Below are positions 58,170 to 64,000 of a stretch of DNA of 64,000 nt, piece after piece (position 1 is the stretch's first letter; each line of letters starts with the position of its first letter). The notes beneath the pieces are model-generated. The model worked only from the letters and a program-made list of their open reading frames with translations, did not search any database and had not been told where the DNA came from. The stretch is from Burkholderiaceae bacterium. Lineage in GTDB: Bacteria; Pseudomonadota; Gammaproteobacteria; Burkholderiales; Burkholderiaceae_C. The position numbers were made by a program, and so were the translations under genes. Location: assembly GCA_031253955.1 (NCBI GenBank), contig JAIRVJ010000126.1:20342-84341 (forward strand), given 5' to 3'.

Positions 58170-59651
58170 ATGTTCAAATTTCTTCGCTTTTCCTGCGCCG
58201 CCGCGTGGCTGACCGCGCTGTTGGGTGGTGGGCTGGGCGGTTGCGCCTTGCCCGCTTCGACCCATACCGAGGCCGACCGCAGGCCGGGATGGAGCGAAAC
58301 GCAATCCCAGCAATTCCAGCCCTCCGCCCCGCAGCAGTTCCAACTCGCCAACGGCCTGACGGTCATCGTCAAGCCTGACCACCGCTCCCCCACGGCGGTG
58401 CATATGCTGTGGCTGCGCGTGGGCGCTTATGACGAGGTGGACGGCACGAGCGGCGTGGCGCACGCGCTGGAGCACATGATGTTCAAGGGCAGCGACAAGC
58501 TGGGGCCGGGCGAGTTCTCGCGCCAGGTGGCGCTGCTGGGCGGGCGCGAGAACGCTTTCACCAGTTTCGACTACACCGCCTATTTCCAGCAAGTGCCGGT
58601 GGCCCATTTGCCCGACGTGATGGCACTGGAGGCCGAGCGCTTTGCGCATAGCCAATGGCCCGACGAGGAGTTCGCCAGGGAGCTGGAAGTCATCAAGGAA
58701 GAGCGCCGTATGCGCACCGAGGACAACCCGCGCGCCCTGCTGCGCGAGCAGTTGAACGCCGCCGCTTTCGTCGCCTCGCCCTACCGCCGCCCAGTGATCG
58801 GCTGGATGGGCGACCTGGAGGCATTGCAGGCCGATGACGTGCGCGCCTTCTGGCAACGCTGGTACGTGCCGGCCAACGCCGCGCTGGTGGTGGCCGGCGA
58901 CGTGGAGGCGGCGCAAGTGCTGGCCTGGGCGCAAAAGTATTACGGAAACATTCCCGCGCGCGCCGTGCCCGCGCGCAAGCCCCACACTGAGCCGGCGCAG
59001 ATAGGCTCGCGCCGGGTGGAAGTGAAAGCGCCGGCGGAGCAGGCGGCGGTGTATCTGGCCTTCCAGGCGCCGCGCCTCACGGGCGTAGAGCCTTCGCCTG
59101 ACAACGACGATGCGCTGGCGCTCACCGTGCTGGCCGCCGTGCTCGACGGCTACCAGGGCGCGCGTCTTGAACAGGCGCTCACGCAAGGGCCGGACCGCGT
59201 GGCCGACAGCGCCGACGCTGGCAACGGGCTGGTGGGGCGCGGGCCGCAACTGTTCATGCTCACCGGCGTGCCCGCGCAAGGCAAAACCGCCGCGCAGGTG
59301 GAAGCGGCGCTGCGCGCGCAAGTCAAGAAGGTAGCCGACGAAGGCGTGAACGAGGCCGAGCTGGCCCGCGTGAAAACGCAGTGGGTCGCCAGCCAGGTCT
59401 ATGAGCGCGATTCGCTCATGGCGCAGGCGATGAACCTGGGCAGCAACTGGGCGCAGAGCCTGCCGCTGAATCTGGACGACCGGCTGATCGAGCGGCTCAA
59501 AACCATCACCGCCGCGCAAGTACAGGCGGTGGCCCGCAAGTATTTCGGCGACGACCAGCTCACCGTGGCCACGCTGCTGCCGCAGCCGCGCGACCCCAAC
59601 GCGCCCCGGCGCAAACCGGCTGCGGGCGCGCGCATGGGAGATGTGCAATGA
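58170..59651 (+). CDS. M16 zinc peptidase, catalytic subunit (probable lipoprotein)
   Basis: LGGC lipobox, HALEH (HxxEH), NAFTS.DYT.Y. Confidence 0.9.
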   Translation: MFKFLRFSCAAAWLTALLGGGLGGCALPASTHTEADRRPGWSETQSQQFQPSAPQQFQLANGLTVIVKPDHRSPTAVHMLWLRVGAYDEVDGTSGVAHALEHMMFKGSDKLGPGEFSRQVALLGGRENAFTSFDYTAYFQQVPVAHLPDVMALEAERFAHSQWPDEEFARELEVIKEERRMRTEDNPRALLREQLNAAAFVASPYRRPVIGWMGDLEALQADDVRAFWQRWYVPANAALVVAGDVEAAQVLAWAQKYYGNIPARAVPARKPHTEPAQIGSRRVEVKAPAEQAAVYLAFQAPRLTGVEPSPDNDDALALTVLAAVLDGYQGARLEQALTQGPDRVADSADAGNGLVGRGPQLFMLTGVPAQGKTAAQVEAALRAQVKKVADEGVNEAELARVKTQWVASQVYERDSLMAQAMNLGSNWAQSLPLNLDDRLIERLKTITAAQVQAVARKYFGDDQLTVATLLPQPRDPNAPRRKPAAGARMGDVQ

Positions 59652-61045
59652 ACAAGGTTGTGCGTTTGACGTTGAGCGTTTTTTCTCCCTCTCCCACTTG
59701 CGGGAGAGGGGCAAGAAAACGAGCCATCGCCCTGGCCCTTCTAGCCAGCGCCGGCTTGGCGCAAGCCGCCCCGCCCATCCAGCACTGGACACAACCCAGC
59801 GGCGCGCGGGTGTATCTGGTGGAGAGCGCCGGCATTCCGATGCTGGACGTGCGCATCGACTTCGACGCCGGCGCGCGGCGCGACCCGCCGCCCCAAGCCG
59901 GCCTTGCCAGCGCCACCGCGCTAATGGCCGGCAAGGGCGTGGCCGCCCAAAGCGATGCGCCCGCGCTGGACGAAAACCAGCTTGGCGCGGCCTGGGCTGA
60001 TCTGGGCGCAAGCTTCGACGCCGACGCGGGCAACGAGCGCATGAGCTTTCACCTGCGCACGCTCACCGACCCCGCGCTGCTGCCGCAAAGCGTGGCGCTG
60101 GCCGCGCGCCAGTTGGCCGCGCCGGGCTTTCCCGCCGAAGTGTGGCAGCGCGAGCGCGAACGCCTGTCGGCGGCCATCCGCGAATCGCGCACGCGCCCCG
60201 GCACGGTGGCGGCCATCGCCTACGACCGCGCCGTGTACGGCCAGCACCCCTACGGCGACGAGACCACGCCCGAAACGCTGGCGGCCATTTCCGCGCCGGA
60301 CATGCAACGCTTTTACGCCGCGCACATCCAGCCCTGCCGCGCCAGGATGACGCTGGTAGGCGCCGTCACGCGCGCGCAGGCCGACGCGCTGGCGCGCCAA
60401 CTGCTGGCCGGCCTGCCCGCGCAGCAAACAGCCTGCCCGCCGCTGCCGGCGGTGCAGCCGGTGCAGCCGCTGGCGGCGGCGCGGGAAATCGACATCCCTT
60501 TTGATTCCGCCCAGGCTCATGTGCTGATGGGCCAGCCCGGTTACCGGCGCGCCGACCCCGATCACTTCGCGCTCTACGTGGGCAACTACATTCTGGGCGG
60601 CGGCGGCTTCGTCTCGCGCCTGACCGAAGAGGTGCGCGAAAAGCGCGGCCTGTCTTACAGCGTGTACAGCAACTTCGCGCCGGGGCTGGATGCGGGCGCC
60701 TTCACCATCGGCCTGCAAACCCGGCCCGACCAAGCCGCGCAAGCCTTGGCCCTGACGCGGCAGGTGCTGGCCGACTTTGTCGCTCATGGCCCGACGGACG
60801 CGGAAGTTAAAGCCGCGCAAGACAACCTCGTCAACGGCTTTGCCCTGCTGCTCGATTCCAACGCCAAGCTGCTGGGCAACGTCGCCAACATCGCCTGGAA
60901 CGATCTGCCGCTGGACTACCTGGACACCTGGAGCGAGCATGTGCGCCGCGTCACCGCCGCCGACGTGAAAGCCGCCTTCGCACGCAAAATCGACCCGGCG
61001 CGGCTGGTAACGGTGGTGGTGGGCGCGCAGGCCGGGGAGCGTTGA
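59648..61045 (+). CDS. M16 peptidase, non-catalytic partner
   Basis: ATGA overlap; lacks HxxEH; GGGGFVSRL.EEVREKRGLSY. Confidence 0.88.
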   Translation: MNKVVRLTLSVFSPSPTCGRGARKRAIALALLASAGLAQAAPPIQHWTQPSGARVYLVESAGIPMLDVRIDFDAGARRDPPPQAGLASATALMAGKGVAAQSDAPALDENQLGAAWADLGASFDADAGNERMSFHLRTLTDPALLPQSVALAARQLAAPGFPAEVWQRERERLSAAIRESRTRPGTVAAIAYDRAVYGQHPYGDETTPETLAAISAPDMQRFYAAHIQPCRARMTLVGAVTRAQADALARQLLAGLPAQQTACPPLPAVQPVQPLAAAREIDIPFDSAQAHVLMGQPGYRRADPDHFALYVGNYILGGGGFVSRLTEEVREKRGLSYSVYSNFAPGLDAGAFTIGLQTRPDQAAQALALTRQVLADFVAHGPTDAEVKAAQDNLVNGFALLLDSNAKLLGNVANIAWNDLPLDYLDTWSEHVRRVTAADVKAAFARKIDPARLVTVVVGAQAGER

Positions 61046-61051
61046 TTAGCT

Positions 61052-61667
61052 CCTTCCCCCGCACGCGGGGGAAGGTTGGGATGGGGGCGCGAACGGCGCT
61101 CGATAACGTCAAAGCACTCTCAAAATATCCGCAAGCACATCCTCTGTTTTCCCCAACACATCATTGTTCCAGTAGCGCAAGACGCGCCACCCGTCACGTT
61201 CAAACCAGGCATTGCGACTGGAATCGGCTGTTGGATTGTGCTGTCCGCCGTCGATTTCAACGATAAGCCGCTTTTCAATGCAGGCAAAGTCGGCAATGAA
61301 CGGACCGACGGGATGCTGCCTGCGGAATCTGCAATTGGCCAGTTGATGCTGGCGAAGGTGCCGCCACAACTGCTGTTCTGCATCCGTCATGTTGGCGCGC
61401 AATTTGCGCGCGAATTCTTTCTTGGCACCTTCGCGCATTCGGCTTGCCCCTGTTTCGGGTTTTCCCAAAGCCCACCCCCCCGCCTTCGCGGGGGCAGGCT
61501 CTTCTCTCACACGCGGGGAAAGAAAAAAGACAGTGGGTGGCTTTTCTCCCTCCTCCGCTTGCGGGGGAGGGCTGGGGTGGGGGCAGCGCAACGCTTGCAC
61601 CTGCGCAAGATTTTTAATCGAGTGCCGTTGGCCCCCATCCCCACCTTCCCCCGCGTGCGGGGGAAGG
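61052..61667. mobile_element. Candidate DUF559 element: arm-gene-arm followed by an arm-spacer-arm doublet
   Basis: Arms at 61052-88, 61470-522 (interrupted), 61548-84 and 61631-67. Confidence 0.6.
61109..61438 (-). CDS. DUF559 / Vsr-like endonuclease domain protein
   Basis: ARKLRANMTDAEQQLWRHLR, FRRQHPVGPFIADF.C, IEIDGGQH-like, GWRVLRYWN. Confidence 0.88.
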   Translation of the reverse strand: MREGAKKEFARKLRANMTDAEQQLWRHLRQHQLANCRFRRQHPVGPFIADFACIEKRLIVEIDGGQHNPTADSSRNAWFERDGWRVLRYWNNDVLGKTEDVLADILRVL

Positions 61668-61680
61668 AGAAAGACAGTTA

Positions 61681-62160
61681 TCAGCGCGGAACAAACCGCG
61701 CGCGGCAGCCGCGGCTGACCCAGAGGTTGCCGCGCCGGTCGGTGCCCCAGCTTTCGCCCTTGCGGCAGGTGGTTGAGGACAGTTGCTCGGCCAGCCGGGG
61801 CGTCCCACGGCGCGAATCCCACGAGCAGGTCACAGTGCGCTGGTCGTTGCTTTCGCAGACCACGCTGTAGTTACCGGGCCGGCCGGCTTCGGCAAATTCG
61901 CCCCGGCAGCCCTTGTCAACCCAGACCTTGCCGCCGCGCTGACCCCAGGTGCGGCCTTCCACGCACGAGGCATCGGAGACTTGACGCACAAGTTCAACCC
62001 GCTTGGCGGACGCGGGCATCCGGCATTCGTGGTATCTGCCGTCCTGGCTTTCACACAGCACGGAACGGGCGCGCGGACCTTGGGCCAAGGCGTATGGAGC
62101 AGCCAGCAGCGCACCGGTCGCGGCGGCGGTCAGCAACAGGGCGGAGAACAGTCGTTTCAT
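61681..62160 (-). CDS. Secreted DUF3011-like protein
   Basis: Signal peptide plus two repeats of CES...C...L..Q.S...C..G.TWG....WV..GCR..F. Confidence 0.75.
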   Translation of the reverse strand: MKRLFSALLLTAAATGALLAAPYALAQGPRARSVLCESQDGRYHECRMPASAKRVELVRQVSDASCVEGRTWGQRGGKVWVDKGCRGEFAEAGRPGNYSVVCESNDQRTVTCSWDSRRGTPRLAEQLSSTTCRKGESWGTDRRGNLWVSRGCRARFVPR

Positions 62161-62282
62161 GGTGGAAATTCCCTCGTAAAAAATGAGAATGGGCGCAGCG
62201 CGTCCAGTATGCAATGGTACACATCCCAGCCATTGCCGCCAAGCGCGCATATTGGAACAATCAAGCGCATTTTGCGCCGCTC

Positions 62283-62373
62283 GCCCCCACCCCAACCCTC
62301 CCCCGCACGCGGGGGAGGGAGAAAACCGCGCACTTACCCCAAGTTAGCGCCTATGCGCCTTCGCGGGGATGAC
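62283..62373. repeat. Single family D arm with terminal AAGTTAGCGCCTATG joined to a half family A REP
   Basis: Hairpin arm 62283-335; AAGTTAGCGCCTATG|CGCCTTCGCGGGGATGAC. Confidence 0.75.
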
Positions 62374-62413
62374 GATAAATTTGATGCAGGTTCCTGAGCA
62401 GGAGAAATTCATA

Positions 62414-64000
62414 TCAACGCCCGCCTTTGAGCTTGGCGAAAGCCGAGGCCATTGCCGTGGGCGCGGGCCGTTGCGGGCGGCTTGCGCGCGGGGCGCGGGC
62501 GGGCGCGCCGGCGGCATCCAGGGGCGCATCGAGCTTCATGCTCAGGGTGATGCGTTTGCGCGGCGCATCGACTTCCAGCACCTTGACTTTCACGATCTGG
62601 CCGGTCTTGACGATCTCGCGCGCGTCGGCGACGAACTTGCGCGCCAACTGGCTCACGTGCACCAGCCCGTCCTGGTGCACGCCCAGATCGACGAAGGCGC
62701 CGAACTGGGCCACGTTGCTCACGGTGCCTTGCAGCACCATGCCCGGTTGCAGGTCGGCGATGTCTTGCACGTCTTCATTGAAACGCGCCACCTGAAAGCC
62801 GGGGCGCGGATCGCGTCCGGGTTTTTCCAGCTCCAGCAGAATGTCGCGCACGGTGACGGGGCCGAACCGGGCGTCGGCAAATTGTTCCGGCTTGAGGGGT
62901 CTGAGCAGTTCGGCGCGGCCCATCAACTGCTCGATGGGCTGACCGGTCTTGAGGATGATCTGCTCGACCACCGGATAGGTTTCGGGGTGCACGCCGGTCA
63001 TGTCCAGCGGGTTGTCGCCGTCGCGGATGCGCAGGAAACCGGCGCTTTGCTCGAAGGTTTTCGGCCCCAGACCACTCACTTGCAGCAACTGGCGCCGGTT
63101 GCCGAACGCGCCGTGCGCCTCGCGCCAGCGCACCAGCGTCTGCGCCACGGCGGGCGTGAGGCCCGAAACGCGCGCCAGCAGCGGCACGCTGGCGGTGTTC
63201 AGGTCGGCGCCGACGCGGTTGACACAGTCTTCCACCACGGCGTCCAGCGTGCGCGCCAGCGCGCTCTGGTTCACGTCGTGCTGATACTGGCCGACGCCGA
63301 TGCTCTTGGGGTCGATCTTCACCAGCTCGGCCAGGGGGTCTTGCAGCCGACGCGCGATGCTGACGGCCCCGCGCAAGCTCACGTCAAGCTCCGGCAACTC
63401 TTGGCTGGCGTATTCGCTGGCCGAATAAACGGACGCACCGGCTTCGCTGATAACTATTTTTTCAATAGCTATTTGCCCTGATACATTCTGTGTTTTCGCC
63501 TGTTTTTGCATCAACTTGATGAGGTCGCCCGCCAGCTTGTCGGTCTCGCGGCTGGCGGTGCCGTTGCCGATGGCGATCAGTTGCACGCCGTGCCGGGCCA
63601 CCAGCGCGGCCAGGGTGCGCAGCGCGCCTTCCCAATCGCGGCGCGGTTCGTGGGGATAGACGGTGGCGGTGGCGAGCAGCTTGCCGGTGGCATCGACCAC
63701 GGCAGCTTTCACGCCGGTGCGGATACCCGGATCCAGCCCCAGCACCGCCCGTGCGCCGGCGGGCGCGGCCAGCAGCAGATCGCGCAGGTTGTCGGCAAAG
63801 ACCTGAATGGCGACCTGCTCGGCCTGCTCGCGCAGGCGGGCGAGCAGATCGCGCTCGGTACTTAGCGAGAGCTTCACGCGCCAGGCCCAGGCCACGCACT
63901 TGCGCAGCAGATCGTCAGCAGCCCGCCCTTGGTGCGACCAGCCCAGATGCCGCGCGATGCGGCCTTCGGCCAGGGACGCAACCGCACCCTGCCCTTCCGG
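62414..64000 (-). CDS. tex: Tex RNA-binding transcriptional accessory protein (5' end outside the window)
   Basis: [42 protein letters not shown]1 domain; frame stays open to 64000. Confidence 0.95.
   Translation of the reverse strand, partial: PEGQGAVASLAEGRIARHLGWSHQGRAADDLLRKCVAWAWRVKLSLSTERDLLARLREQAEQVAIQVFADNLRDLLLAAPAGARAVLGLDPGIRTGVKAAVVDATGKLLATATVYPHEPRRDWEGALRTLAALVARHGVQLIAIGNGTASRETDKLAGDLIKLMQKQAKTQNVSGQIAIEKIVISEAGASVYSASEYASQELPELDVSLRGAVSIARRLQDPLAELVKIDPKSIGVGQYQHDVNQSALARTLDAVVEDCVNRVGADLNTASVPLLARVSGLTPAVAQTLVRWREAHGAFGNRRQLLQVSGLGPKTFEQSAGFLRIRDGDNPLDMTGVHPETYPVVEQIILKTGQPIEQLMGRAELLRPLKPEQFADARFGPVTVRDILLELEKPGRDPRPGFQVARFNEDVQDIADLQPGMVLQGTVSNVAQFGAFVDLGVHQDGLVHVSQLARKFVADAREIVKTGQIVKVKVLEVDAPRKRITLSMKLDAPLDAAGAPARAPRASRPQRPAPTAMASAFAKLKGGR

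Overview
GC-rich betaproteobacterial chromosome segment. The Comamonadaceae-like assignment is inferred from gene content and order, not from a search. The core backbone runs hemH, xerD, bug, queG-tsaE-amiC, dedA, phaZ, rsxB, ettA, rhlE-gloA, pdxH-ribBX-ribH-nusB, ybgC-tolQRA, mobB-thrC, hom-alaA, bcp-phoH, an M16 peptidase pair and tex. Accessory blocks interrupt it: (1) vapBC, mscS and a type III restriction-modification operon with a third HTH/PD-(D/E)xK nuclease gene; (2) a DASS transporter plus a decaying, signal-peptide-bearing Rhs toxin/immunity locus; (3) a 10.5-kb amidase/PrpD/acyl-CoA/CitE catabolic cluster; (4) hicAB plus a Phd-like remnant between thrC and hom; (5) a DUF3800 gene with a candidate convergent structured RNA; (6) a DUF559 nuclease gene bracketed by the same hairpin arms that form gene-less ~125-150-bp elements elsewhere in the window. 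Intergenic DNA is dense with at least four palindromic repeat families (my labels: A = CGTC-tagged, B = GTAG-tagged, D = GC hairpin arms, F = ~80-bp AT-rich ATAGCT-ended). They nest inside each other, supply stop codons and occur in-frame inside genes. No rRNA, tRNA or CRISPR array was seen. All alignments were done by eye and family names come from recognised motifs.
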